Shown here: positions 24,401 to 37,568 of the stretch, in pieces
How positions within the stretch are numbered: position 1 is the stretch's first letter
Layout of the letters: every line of letters starts with the position of its first letter
Source: Octopus sinensis
Lineage: Eukaryota
Direction: 5' to 3'
DNA length: 64,000 bases
Assembly: GCF_006345805.1 (NCBI RefSeq)
Contig: NC_043009.1
Span: forward strand, 24,862,001-24,926,000
Made by a program: the position numbers and the translations under genes
The notes under the pieces: model-generated
The model's database searches: none
Told to the model about the DNA's origin: nothing
What the model saw: only the letters and a program-made list of their open reading frames with translations

Positions 24401-25569
24401 CTTGGGCCCATATTTCATGCTTTAATGCACTAAAATCTCTTTTTTCTGAATATTAGTTGTTAAAATTAGGGCGTGTCTAATATGCCCATGAGACTTTTAT
24501 GCAATCAAGTACGGTTCAAAAGACGTGTTGAAGAAGCTTACATTTCAAATCATTATCGTACTCGTCGTTTAAAGTCCGCTTTCTATGTTGACATGGGTTG
24601 GACGGTTTTAATGAGAGCTAGCAAGCCAGAAGGCTGCACCAGGCTCCAATCTGATCTGGCAAAGTTTCTACAGATGGATGCCCTTCCTAACGCCAACCAC
24701 TCTGAGAATGTAGTGGGTGCTTTTCACGTACCACCGGCACGGGAGCCACTCAGGTGGTACTGGCATCGACTACGCTTGAATGGTTCTTTCTACGTACCAC
24801 AGGCCGAGAGCCAGTCAGACGGCACTGGCAATATTAATTATACTACATCGTTGGCTCTCATGTTGTTGCTTATATAGCTTAGCTCCAGGTCAAGCAAACT
24901 TCTAATCGGAGAAGTTACTGTCGTGACCATCTCGTCATTTTGTATATCCACGACAACATTGCTAAGTCGGCAAGGAGCTCAACAATGAACCAGGCTGTTG
25001 TTTCTAGGAAGTGGAGTGACCATAGACTCTTTCTTGTGTTGTTGGCTATAGAAGTAGTAAAGTTTGAGTCAAGTATCAATGTGGGACTTGAACTTGTGAA
25101 TTGATGTAATGGAGAGGAATATGCATTTACATTATGCCTGAGCTAAAAGTTTTTTTGAGAAGAGAGATGTACAACGTCAGTATATAAATGGTATTTCATC
25201 TCTGAATTACAAAATCCTAAATGGGGAAATACAAGAAAGCGACATGAAGATGGTCCACAGAAACTAAAGAAGTGGCAGAGCCGAGACCAAGGGACAACTA
25301 TATAATCCATTGTCAAAGACCGAGACTGGTGGAGTTGACTTGGTGGTGGTGTTGTATGGCTCCACAAGGATGAAGTTAAAGGATTAAAAAGAATGGAGAA
25401 ATCCAGCTTGTTTTATAGGGTTTGGACAGAGAGAGGGAGAGAAAGAAAACGAATGAGAAAGAGCTGCAAAGAGAGCAAGTGTGAGAGAAAGGAACTGTGT
25501 GAGAGAGAAAGAGAAAGAGAGAGAAGGAAAGAAAGGGAAAAAGAGGAGAAGAAGAATGAAAGAAAGCAG

Positions 25570-25613
<44 letters not shown>

Positions 25614-26187
25614 TGAAATTAAAAGTGATCTTTGACCATTAACAAGACATTACTGGTATGCGAAAAGATCAGAAATGGAATCAACTAAATCAAAGCCCTA
25701 TCCCCAATATATACCTGGTACTTACTTTGATCAAGGATTCCATCCAGGGACACTAGAAACTAGTAATGGAAACAAATAGTTTCAGTTCAATATTCTATGG
25801 TTTCATTAATCATCTTAATAACTTTTCAGTAATAGTCAGTTAATTAGGTTCTTTTCTGTGACTCCATCTTTGGGGGTGGAGGTGGAAAAGGGGCGAGGAG
25901 CAATAGGGTAATTACTAATTCATTTACAAGACTTCATTCAGGTGGATGCTGGTTCCCGCGGATGTAATACAAGAATGTAAGACAACAGTATGTGTGTGTG
26001 TATAGAAAGGGTTCATAGATTATCTTTACAGCTATATTGTACTGTATTGTCTAAATGCGTTGTGTGCAATCAAGGGAGCCCATGCGGAAGTGTTCTGATG
26101 TATCTAATAAAATTTTATTTGTTTACCATTAAGTTATCTATATTTTTCATTTTTCAATTGTAAAAGGTAATTTATGGGCACCCTGTA

Positions 26188-26224
<37 letters not shown>

Positions 26225-26239
26225 TTAGCCACTACACAC

Positions 26240-26385
26240 ATTTTTTTTCTTTCCTTGCTTTTTCTGTAGAAAAGCGTAGGCTCGAAATGTAAAAGACTTT
26301 TTCTATTCCTGAGCGTTATACTAATACATCTGTTTGTTTTGTACACCACCTGCCTTCGTCTTTTGTTTTTTTCGTAAACTCTCCC
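26240..26385 (+). mobile_element. Penelope-derived repeat with degenerate hammerhead
   Basis: tttt-CTGTAGA-aaagc-gtag-gctc-GAAATGTA-aaaga. Downstream 'tcctgagcgt...taata' is shared with the 42.6-kb repeat. Confidence 0.45.
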
Positions 26386-26425
<40 letters not shown>

Positions 26426-26519
26426 CAAACACACATAAACGGACATCGTCATCATATGTCTGTTCTGAGTATGGGCGTGGGTTGGACGGTTTGAGAAGAG
26501 TTAGCAAACCAAAGGTTGG

Positions 26520-27115
26520 AGTCAAGCTGTTGTCAACTTCGCCCGGCATGCTAACGATTCCGACAGCTCGCCACCACAATAACGGTTTCAAATTTTGGCA
26601 CAAAGGCCAGGAATTTCGGTGTTCGTACCTTTTCTGCGGACCTCAAAAAAGGATGAAAGGCAAAGTCGACCTTGATAGAATTTGAACTCAGAATGTAAAG
26701 ACGAACTCTTTATAAAATAACTTTTTTATAGGTACGTGGCCTGAAATTTAGGGTGGAGGCTTAGTCAGTTATATAGGCCCCAGAACTTGACTGGTGCTTC
26801 TTTTATTGACTCCAAAAATGATGAAAGGCAAAGTCGACCTCGGAGAAATTTGAACTCAAAACATAAACACGGACAAAATGCTACAATGCATTTTACCTGG
26901 CGTGCTAACGATTCTGCCAGCTCACCGATTTGATAATAATACTTACTACTATAGATACAAGGCCTGAATTCAACTGGTACTTGATTTCATCGACCCCGAA
27001 AGGATGAAAGGAAAAGTTGACTGCGGCGGAATTTGAGCTCAGAACACAGCGGCAGACGAAATACCGCTAAGAATTTCGCCCACCGTGCTAACGAATCTGC
27101 CAGCTCGCGCGCCTT
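26520..27115 (-). mobile_element. SINE family 1, three truncated tandem copies
   Basis: Repeated gatgaaaggcaaagtcgacct...atttgaactcag. Confidence 0.8.
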
Positions 27116-27506
27116 TCACCATCTTGATAATGATAAAACGAAGAAAAAAATATTACATGTTGTGGGGTAGCAATTTTCCAGTGAGTGAAAGACCACATCG
27201 ACAATGTAGCGTTTGAAAGTAGTAGTAGCAGCAGCAGTAGTAGTAGTAGTAGTAGTAGTAGACATGGCGATGAATTGTATTTGAAATACGAAATGAAAGA
27301 GATAAGGAGGAAGATACAAAAGATGCGGTGAGGTCGATACTAAGTTTGGATTTCAGAACACATTATGAAACATGGAAGCATCACCAATCAGAAGTTGTCT
27401 GTGAAAATTAATATTGACACTTTGGAGATGAAACTTACAGCTGCTTCTAAAGATGAGAACCAGCCCTGGGTCCATATATTTATGTCCGGGGACACAAACA
27501 CAAATG

Positions 27507-27544
<38 letters not shown>

Positions 27545-27662
27545 TATATACATATACACATATATATATATATACATATACTATATATATACATATATAT
27601 ATATATATATACATAGATATCTACATATATATATATATATATATACATATATACATGTGTGA

Positions 27663-27965
27663 AGGCGCATGCCTTAATAGTTAGAGCGTCGAACTTACGA
27701 TCGCGAGGTAGTGAGTTCGAATCCCGGACCGGGCTGCGTGTTGTGTTCTTGAGCAAGACACTTTATTTCACGTTGCTCCAGTTCACTCAGCTGTAGAAAT
27801 AAGTTGCGACGTCACTGGTGCCAGGCTGTATCCCTTGGATAACACTGGTGACGTGGAGAGGGGAGGCCGGTATGCATGGGGGACTGCTGGTCTTCCATAA
27901 AAAATCTTGCCTGAGAGGGAAGCTTTCTAGGTGCAAGCCCATCGTCAGTCATGACCGAAAGGGGT
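27663..27965 (+). mobile_element. tRNA-derived SINE family 3
   Basis: ggcgcatgccttaatagttagagcg...gagttcgaatcc (B box)...ttcttgagcaagacactttatttcacgttgctccagttcactcagctg. Other copies approx. 42860-42990(-), 54240-54465(-), 58000-58250(-), 60110-60455(-). Confidence 0.8.
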
Positions 27966-29275
27966 TTCAGATATCAGAGGTTGAATAATATGCTGTATAT
28001 TAAATGTGAAAAACATTTTTACAAACCATTGCTCAGTTTCACGTGCATTACCAAAAGTCACGTGAAACTAAATACAAAGTTCGTGAAGATATTTTCAGCT
28101 ACAACAAAACTGTATACAATATATATAGATATATACATAGATATATAGATATACATAGATATATACGTATATATACATATATAGATATACATACATATAT
28201 ACGTATATATACATATATAGATATACATACATATATAGACATATATACATACATATATAGACATATATACATACATATGTATATACATATGTATATATAT
28301 ACACACGCATATAATATATATAAATACACAAAAATATATATACACAAGTATATATATATATATGCACACAAATACATAGATACACACTTGCACATACATA
28401 TATATATATACATACATACAAAATATATAGTACACAAGTATATATATATATATGCACACAAATACATAGATACACATCTATGCACACACACATACACATA
28501 TCTATATATATATATTTGATACATATACCTATACACACATAAATATAATTATATATATAGAATATACACGTACATATATATATATATTTACATCACTATA
28601 CATATACACATATATATATACAGATATACTTACATGTACATATGCATATATATATACACACATATATAGACATACATATCTATGAATACGTATACACATA
28701 TATACGTACATGCACATATCTATGCACATGCATAATTGTGATTACATATGCAAATACATATATATGTATATGCATGCATATATATAAATACATATATACA
28801 TACAAACAGATACACATTACACACATAGATAGACATATATACATAAGCAAGCATATACATATATATGTACATGCATATAAACACACATATACATATATGT
28901 ACATATACACACACACATATATACATACATATGTATATACATATATATACATACATGCATATATATAAAAAATACATACATATATGTATACATATATATA
29001 AAAAATACATACATATATGTATACATATATATAAAAAATACATACATATATATGTATATATACATATTTGTATATATATATATACACACACACACACACA
29101 TATATCCACACATATATATATATCCACATACACATATATCCACACATATATATATCCACATACATATATATTTATAGACATATATACGTACACATATGTA
29201 TAATATACATATATATACACAGATATACATAGATATGATACTTATACATTATATATATATATATATATATATACA

Positions 29276-29665
29276 TAGGCGCAGGAGTGGCTGTGTGGTA
29301 AGTAGCTTGCTAACCAACCACATGGTTCTGGGTTCAGTCCCACTGCGTGGCATCTTGGGCAAGTGTCTTCTGCTATAGCCCCGGGCCGACCAATGCCTTG
29401 TGAGTGGATTTGGTAGACGGAAACTGAAAGAAGCCTGTCGTATATATGTATGTGTGTGTGTGTTTGTGTGTCTGTGTTTGTCCCCCTAGCATCGCTTGAC
29501 AACCGATGCTGGTGTGTTTATGTCCCCGTCACTTAGCGGTTCGGCAAAAGAGACCGATAGAATAAGTACTAGGCTTACAAAGAATAAGTCCCGGGGTCGA
29601 TTTGCTCGATTAAAGGTGGTGCTCCAGCATGGCCGCAGTCAAATGACTGAAACAAGTAAAAGTAA
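29276..29665 (+). mobile_element. tRNA-derived SINE family 2
   Basis: ggcgcaggagtggctgtgtggtaag (A box)...gggttcagtccc (B box)...ggcaagtgtcttc...ggaaactgaaagaagcc, then a tail ending cagcatggccgcagtc...tgactgaaacaagtaaaag. Other copies approx. 39725-40130(-), 41175-41310(+), 46720-47101(-), 54075-54200(+), 57335-57740(+), 59975-60095. Confidence 0.85.
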
Positions 29666-29850
29666 AGTAAGTAACATGCATAAAAATGTATTATATACAA
29701 TTGGTCCTACTTTTGAAATTTAAAATTTAGTTCAAGGAATTTCTTCTATAAGAAGAATCATGTTTTTATTTCTTTAAGAAATATTGTTGAATTCCGTTTG
29801 ATTATTTATTAAAAATATGTATTTATTTAACTATTATTGTTATTGGTGTT

Positions 29851-29956
29851 GACCTGAAGAGTGACTATACCTTTAAATTGAATTGTTTTTGGATCGATTA
29901 AATTTAACTTCAATTGTAATTCAAATTGAAGATATAGCCACGAAACGTACGTAGTC
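29851..29956 (+). ncRNA. Minimal type I hammerhead ribozyme, Penelope-type
   Basis: gac-CTGAAGA-gtgactata...tatagccac-GAAAC-gtac-GTA-gtc. Stem I gac/gtc; stem II gtg(a)ctata/tatag(c)cac with a long AT-rich extension; palindromic ACGTACGT stem III typical of dimer-acting PLE hammerheads. Confidence 0.75.
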
Positions 29957-30837
29957 TATTTGTTAATTATATAGTGTTTCAATTATATACCAGTTATTAT
30001 TATCTATTTTATTCTGGTCTAGGTAAATATTTTATTATATATTTTATTTTTTCTATATGGTTCGATTTACGTCTATCAATGTTTGAATTACATAATAGTG
30101 GGTTTTATTATAATACATATATACATATATATGCACATACATATATATATGTGAACATATATATATATATATATATACATGTATATGTGAACATATATAT
30201 ATATATATATATACATATATATGTGAACATATATATATATATATGTATATATGAATGAGAAAAAACCATATATATATGTTCATATATATATATATATATA
30301 CATACACATACATACATATATATACTTATATATATAATATATACACCTATATATTATGTATATATACATATATACAATATATACACATATATCTACAAAT
30401 ATGCACATATATATAGATATATACATACACAGGCATATACATATGTATATATATATACATATACATGCAAAGATATATACATACACACATATGTATACAC
30501 ATACATACATTCATATACATACGCATATACATATATGCATATATATACATATACACAAATATATATATATATATATACACACACATACATACAGATGTAT
30601 TCATGTGTATGTATATATATATATAGACATATTCATGTGCATATATATACACATACATATACTCATATATACACACATATATATTAACATATACATATAT
30701 ATACACACACACATAAAGACATATACATGTATATACACACATATAGACATACATATACACATCTATACATATATATACACACATTGATATATACATATAT
30801 ATAAATACATACATATATATACATTCATATATATATG

Positions 30838-30870
<33 letters not shown>

Positions 30871-31202
30871 ACACATACATATATATATACATACATATAT
30901 ATATATACACATACATATATATATACATATATACATACATATATATATACATATACATATATATACACATATATATATACATATATACAGAGATATATAT
31001 ACATACATACATTTACATACACGTATAGATATGTACATACAAATAGAAATATAATATATATACATATATATTCATTTACATATATAGATACATATAGATA
31101 TATACACACGCATATATATACATATAGATATACGGGTATACAGATAGATATACATATATACAGATATAAATATCTATCTATATATATATACATATATAGA
31201 CA

Positions 31203-31290
31203 TACGAGGGGTGTTGGAAAAGTCGTCAGCCTCATAAAGAAAAAACATTGTACACAACTTCTGATGAAGGTTGAACATTTCATGGCTGAA
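31203..31290. mobile_element. Mariner-type TIR remnant
   Basis: tacgaggggtgttggaaaagt at the end of a (TA)n field. Confidence 0.45.
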
Positions 31291-32786
31291 AACTTTCTAT
31301 ATATATGTATCTATACACACATATGGTATTTATACACAACAGAATATATATATTTTTGAAGATATCTGCCCATTCCCTGTCTTCCTGTCACCTCTATCTC
31401 CCTAAAGTACATGGCCGATAAAATGTTTGATCAAATCCTCATATACAGAGTTAAGATGTGAGGAAAGTCTCTACGATGTGTCTGTATTTTACCAGAGATA
31501 CAAAAACTAAACTTATTTGCAACAAAAAATAAATAAGATCGATAAATTTTTGGTGCACACCATTATTATGATGGCAGAGTCAATGACCCAGGGGAAACAT
31601 CAGAAAGGAAAGTTAAAAAGAATATCTGAATATGACCACTTGCCCCAAAACTGTGGGCCCCGTTTTGTGTGAAAATTATTAATAGTTATATTTTTCTCAC
31701 AGTTGGAACTTTTGGTATTCTAGCAACAATAAGCTACTCAAAGGAATTGAGAGACTGGAATTGAGACTTGGATAGCGGAAACTGGAAGGAAAAGGAAAAT
31801 AACCATCCGTTATTTTCCAAGAATCCTTTGCAATTTTCTGGAGAGTTGAGAAGTGTTCTCATCAATTAACAGAATTATCAAACATACAAGACCTTGTTCA
31901 ATGTTGAACTCAGTTATGAAAATGATAATAACAATAATAATTATAACAAGAATTATAATAAATATTAATAATAATAATAATAATAATGCCAAAATTCTTT
32001 TTTTTATATATTTATATAATAATGAATCAAAGGGATAAAGGAAAAAAAAAGGAAACCAAAATATATATAAAAAAAAATAAAGAAAAAAAGAACAAGTACA
32101 GGAAACAAACAAAAAAAACATACCCTTCCGCCCCCGTCCGAGTGCCCTCCGACCACCACCCATATATTCTGACTCCATCCTTCTCCCCCATTTAAACAAA
32201 TTAGAACAAAAAAAAAAGCATGTTTTTTTTTTACAACTTCACCCCATCCCTCACACTTTTTCACAAAACAAACCATTTTTTGTGGGTTGGAGGAAAAAAT
32301 TGGGTTTTTTTTTCTTTTGAAATTTTTTTTCTCCATTCTTCTTCGTGTTGATTTTTTCCTCAATCACTAGCAATAACAACAACAACAATAATAATTATTA
32401 TTATTATAATCATCATCATTATCATCATCATCATCATAATTATTGAAACATGTTTTTCTTTTTATTTATGTGTTTATAACATTGTTTAAAGTTTGAAAGT
32501 GGAAAAAAAATTCCTTTTTAAATTTTATTGTTTTCTTTTCCTTTTTTCACTTATTTTATATATATGTGTGTGTGTACACATATATACATATATATGCATG
32601 TATATATATAAACACACACACAGGTATGTACATATATTTATGTATGTGTACTTATATATATATTTACATGTATGTGTGTATTTTATATATATATATATGC
32701 ACGTGTGTATATATGTATATATATATATATATATACACACACAGACATATATCCACATGTATATATATATATATAACCACACACGC

Positions 32787-32820
<34 letters not shown>

Positions 32821-33108
32821 TATATATACACACACACACATACATGGAAGATTCCATATTTTGCAGGAGAAAATCTTTTGTTTTCTACCCACAAATTATT
32901 TTTGTATTCTTCCAAAGTTTACAAATTTTCACCATTCTCAAAGAAATTTCTTTCTGTAATATTCTTCAACAAGTTTTGTTGCCTGTGTGTGCGTATATAT
33001 ATATATATATATATATATACATTATACATTTTATTAATTATTCTTCGTATACATAATTTCTTCATACAAATATTTGTATAATTTTTGTATACTACATGTG
33101 TGTGTGAA

Positions 33109-33160
<52 letters not shown>

Positions 33161-34086
33161 CATACATACACACACCCCTACACATGTATATATATATATA
33201 TATATACTCAGACACACACAGATATATATGTATTGAGAAACATCTTTTACATTTATTATCATCATCATCACCATTATCATTATTATGAATAACAATAATA
33301 TTTAAATTTCTTAAATTATTATACAATATTTTAATAACTCTACCCCAAATCTTTTATAGAATTATTTCGGTATTTCTCCTGTCTTTCAACAATTTATTTG
33401 TCTCTCATTCTTTTGAAATGTTTTTGGTTTGGCCAAGTTATGTGTGAGGAGAAGGGGTGGGGGGCGAATAGTTTGGTAGTTGTTTTTTATGTTTGTTGAT
33501 TCCTTTTTCTTTCTTTTCATTTTTTATTGTTTTAAGGAATTTTAAGATATTTTCACTGCTTTATTTTATTTTTTTTTTACCCTTCTTTTTTGAAAAAAGA
33601 AAAAAACATTTTTTTTTCTCTTACATATATCTCTTTCTTTCTTTCTTTCTTTCTTATTCGTCACGGAATATATTTTTGAGACTCTTTTATCTACAAGAGT
33701 TGCTTTCAATTTGAGAATTTTTTTGAAAATGTGCATGTGATGCGAGAATGTTTCGCTTCTTAAGTCTTTTATGCTTGAAATTACTTTTCTTTTGTCATAA
33801 TCGAAATTAGAAAAAAAAAAAACCTCTTTCATTCCACCTGACCATGTGACAAGCATGATTAATTAATCAATGAAATCTGATAGACCAAATTGTCTGATTG
33901 GTACCCAAAATGAAATGAATCTTGTCTTGTTATCCATCGTCACATTTTTTTTCCTTTACAAATCACTATTATTGTTTATTATTGTTATTATTATAAATTT
34001 ATTATTATTATTACCATTATCATTATTATAATAATTATTATTATTATTGTAAATTTGTTTCCACGTTAACCCAACCCAATTTTTTT

Positions 34087-34364
34087 TTATTTGCCAAGTA
34101 TCTCATCTAACAAGTTAAAGTCCGCCGTATTTGAACTCTGAATGCTATCGAAAATGTCCGCGTTACTCGTGTTGGCGCTATCCAAAAAGTTCATAAAGTC
34201 CTCCTGCGTGGTTGTGGCCGGGTAGCCGTTTTGGTGGGTATTAACGGGACCCGACACTGCAAAACCCGCTCCAGAGCCGAGACTGTAAGGAGACGAAGAC
34301 GCTGGCGTACAATGCATCAGGGTAGGTCTCACACCCATTCGTTGTGACATCTGTATGCTTTGTT

Positions 34365-34395
<31 letters not shown>

Positions 34396-37029
34396 TTGTT
34401 GTTGTTGCTGCTGCTGTTGTTGGACTTGCAGCAGCTGTGAATTCTGGTGTAACATTGCCGCCTGCCCGGGCAAACCATCCAGTTGTGACTGGTGCATGTG
34501 AGACACATGTTGTCCAGGCGGCATACCACCAGGATTTGTATAACCACCATACTGCTGCATCATACCAGGGCCTGCTGTTGCTAGGTGCATGCGTGACATT
34601 GCAATGGAACCGTTGTTTGCACCAGCCATCCGTGCACCAGGCTGACCTTGCATCATTGGCCGAGGCCAGTCTCCGGAACTTCGTGGGCGCGATATGTTCA
34701 GCCCGTCAGGTCCGACGTTCACGTTAGGCGGTCGCTGGTTCCGCATGATCGAGCTTTTATATGTGGGTGTCAACGGTCGTTGCGATCGACTGGTGACAGA
34801 ACCACCCACTGGAGTCTGTGTAGGGGCTTGTGTTGTGTACGGTGAGTGTCTTGTCAATGAGGGGCTAGGGTAGTTAGATACAGGGGCTTGGGAGGTGTTA
34901 GCCGATGGCATAACAGAGGTGGTCATCTGCTGTACAGCGGTAACTTGTGCTGAATGTAAGAGGCCAGCTTGGCTAGAATTAGCTTCCGTCTTACCTGGCA
35001 CACTATACCCAGGTTGTATCGTGCTGCTTGTTTGGTTAATCATGTTTTGCATTGTCTGTAAAGGGTTCGTGCCATTTGTACCAAACGACGTGGTGCCATT
35101 CGTGCTAGTTTGTTGCAGCTTGTAGTCAGGGGGTGGCGGTCGACTCATGTACTGTTGCATTTGGGTAGGGCAGGGTGGACCACCGGCGTTCTGCTGCTGC
35201 TGCTGTTGCTGTTGCTGCTGCTGCTGTTGCTGCTCTAGCATAGATTCGCGAGATTTCGTTTGGCACACGTGTTCAGCATGCACTTTGTCGTGCATGATGC
35301 TCATCTGTTCAGTCATGTATTGGCTTTGGGCCATCGCACCTGGGTTGAGAGACAGCGATTGCTGCTGACTCATTGATATCTGTTGAGGGGCCTGTTGCAT
35401 CTGCAGCTGTTGGGTCTGTGACATTTGCATCCGGTGTGCACCATGCGATACTTGCATCTGTTGTGTTTGTGTTATTTGCATGGGCTGTGGACCTTGATTT
35501 TGGTTGAAGTGCGCTCGCACTTGATCCTGCAACTGTTGCAGTGACGATGGCGAAGGGCCACCCTGAGCCGAAGTTACCTGCACCCCCATTGGATCGGGAT
35601 AGTGAGACAACGGTTTGGTAGCCCCAAAAGGTAACGACATATCAGTCTTGCCTGGCATCGGCTGTGGATAGCCCGGAGGTACTGGCTGACCTCGCAGCTG
35701 GTTTAAATGAGGAGGCGGCTGTTGACCATAAGCATAGGAGTTTTGGCCTGGCATGCCCGGCGGTGCCTGACCGAAACCCGCATATCCGTTGCCTCGGCCA
35801 AACTGGTCTATGTCGGAACCTGGGTCACCAAACGGCCCGAGGGATGGGGACTTCATCGCATACGTCTGGTTCTGGTGCTGAGCAGCCATCTGCTTCAGAG
35901 TCTCGGCAGCGGGACCGGTGTCCGAGAGGACGTGGGGTTGGTGGGATCCACGAAACGTTTGGATCGGTGTCGGGGTACGTACACCACCCATGTTCTGGTT
36001 GGTGTCGTACAGAGAATTGAGAGGGTTGCTACCAGGTGGCGGAGTATCTACAAACGGTGGACCTTTCGGCGGAAGACTAGGAGAACTTGTAGTTAAAGGA
36101 CCAAACATATTTAGTGTATCATCTCGGTTCTCCTTGTCAAGATAGACTTCTTCAAAATCGTCCAATCCTTTGAAATCTTCCTTGTCAAGGTTCTCCAAAA
36201 TGCTTTGCAAAACCTCAGGATCTAGGTTCAAATTGCTGATGATGTTGTCGGACAAACTGTTGTTGTTGTTGTTGTTGTGATTGTTGATGGTATTGTTGTT
36301 GTTGTTGTGATTATGATTGTTGTTGTTGTTGTGACCGGTATTCTGTTGTTGCTGTGCTCCTAGACACTGGCTCTCGTCGCAAGGTTCTTGCTTGCATTCA
36401 ACGCTTGTCTGGATGCTGCTTGACTGCGGGGAGCCGTCGTTTGTGGACCCATATTGGGTTTTCACACTGGTCACTGTAACGTTGGTGTGGATGGTCTGAG
36501 GGTGTTCAGTAGGGTTGTTGATCTGCTGGACAATTTTTACTGACAAGCTTGACAAAGGATTGTTATCGACGCTGGTCGCAGAACTGTTGCTGTTCTGCTG
36601 CTGCTGCTGTTGTTGCTGTTGTTGCAACTGTGGCGTCGTTTGAGGTGGAGGTGCTTGCGGCTGCTGTTGCTGCTGAGGTTGCTGCTGTTGCTGGTGGTGG
36701 TGGTGATGGTGATGCTGAGCGTGTTGGTGCTGTTGATGGTGATGCTGTTGTTGCTGCTGCTGTGACTGCTGCTGCTGTTGGTTGTGTTGAAGGTTTGGAT
36801 GATGGGAAGAAGAGGAAGAGGAGGAAGATGATACTGCAACTGCTGCAGCTGCTGCTGCTGCAGCTGCCGCGGCCGCTGCTGCTGCTGACGGGTCGTCGTA
36901 GGTATAACCACTGGCTGCTGCCGCTGCTGCTGCTGCTGCACTTGTGCTGCTGCTCACATCACCTGCGTTAGGTAGGGAAGAGGCTGCCTCACTAACTGCT
37001 CGGTTCTCCTTTTTCGATTTTAGTTTTGA
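34087..37029 (-). CDS. MAML: Mastermind-like Notch transcriptional co-activator, large terminal coding exon (980 codons + stop); gene is 5'-incomplete here
   Basis: Only long ORF with mixed (non-microsatellite) composition in the window (956 aa in the track). The frame stays open 24 codons further 5' (SKLKSKKENRAVSEAASSLPNAGD) to a strong phase-0 acceptor, attttgtatttttactttttatatttttcag|, at 37030-37031, so the GTG start at 36957 is probably internal. Motifs recalled from MAML proteins: acidic patch (LDPEVLQSILENLDKEDFKGLDDFEEVY), AAETLKQMAAQHQ (cf. AEQLKQMAAQQQ), poly-Q tracts and an acidic C-terminus ending DFNLLDEILGK. Assignment is from motif recall, not a database search. Confidence 0.78.
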
Positions 37030-37060
37030 CTGAAAAATATAAAAAGTAAAAATACAAAAT
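37030..37060 (-). promoter_or_regulatory. 3' splice site and polypyrimidine tract of the MAML terminal exon
   Basis: Minus strand reads attttgtatttttactttttatatttttcAG, directly followed by an in-frame open exon. Confidence 0.75.
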
Positions 37061-37157
37061 TAGAGATTCCATCACAAATATTATAATAATAAAAATAATA
37101 ACAACAACAATAGTAATAATAATAATGCAGTTCAATATTTAAGAGATGAGGAATTAC

Positions 37158-37320
37158 CTACATTATTTACATTTCACACATATTTGTCCTCATCTTGTTT
37201 GTTGTTAACACAACGTTTCAGCTGTTATACCCTCCAGCCTTCATCAGGTGTCTTGGTGAAATTTCAAACCTGGGTTCTCATCTCTAAGGCATTTTTTGAT
37301 GTTGTTGTTATTATTATTAT
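37158..37320 (-). mobile_element. Hammerhead-bearing Penelope-derived short repeat (intact core)
   Basis: Minus strand: gacac-CTGATGA-aggctg(gagggtataa)cagct-GAAAC-GTT-gtgtt. Stem I gacac/gtgtt; palindromic AACGTT minimal stem III. Confidence 0.65.
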
Positions 37321-37410
37321 TCAGGTCACTGCCTGGAATTGAACTCGGAATGTTCGGGTTAGTATCCCATGCTCTTAACCACTACGCCATATGCCCATGG
37401 GCATATAATA

Positions 37411-37568
37411 ATAATAATAATAATAATAACATCAAAAAATACCTGAGGAATGAGAACCCTGGTTCGAATTTTTGCCAAGACACCTGATGAAGGCTGGCGG
37501 GTATATCAGCCAAAACGTTGTGTTAACAACAGACATGATGACAAATATCCGTCAAATGTAAATAATGT
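37411..37568 (+). mobile_element. Inverted second copy of the hammerhead-bearing repeat (core G12 changed to A)
   Basis: Aligns by eye with the reverse complement of 37158-37320: gacac-CTGATGA-aggctg...cagcc-AAAAC-GTT-gtgtt. Confidence 0.65.

Larger units (their letters stand above)
28110..31200. repeat. Extended degenerate (TA)/(CA)/(TACA) dinucleotide field, interrupted at 29276-30100 by a SINE and a hammerhead-bearing segment
   Basis: Directly visible; source of the many poly-YI/MY ORFs. Confidence 0.9.

Noticed and set aside
27663-27740. tRNA genes at SINE heads (also 29276, 37330-37390)
   Set aside because: A/B boxes are present, but I could not build a full cloverleaf and each runs into a SINE body.
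31263-31275. CTGATGAAGG here and at ~52812 as hammerhead cores
   Set aside because: No GAAA with a pairing stem II or NUH at a suitable distance.
31400-34086. Defining the MAML 3' UTR end or poly(A) site
   Set aside because: Many AATAAA-like matches in very AT-rich sequence; cannot be resolved without transcript data.
34329-36971. Short ORFs overlapping the MAML exon in other frames or antisense
   Set aside because: Expected shadows of a low-complexity coding exon; no independent signals.
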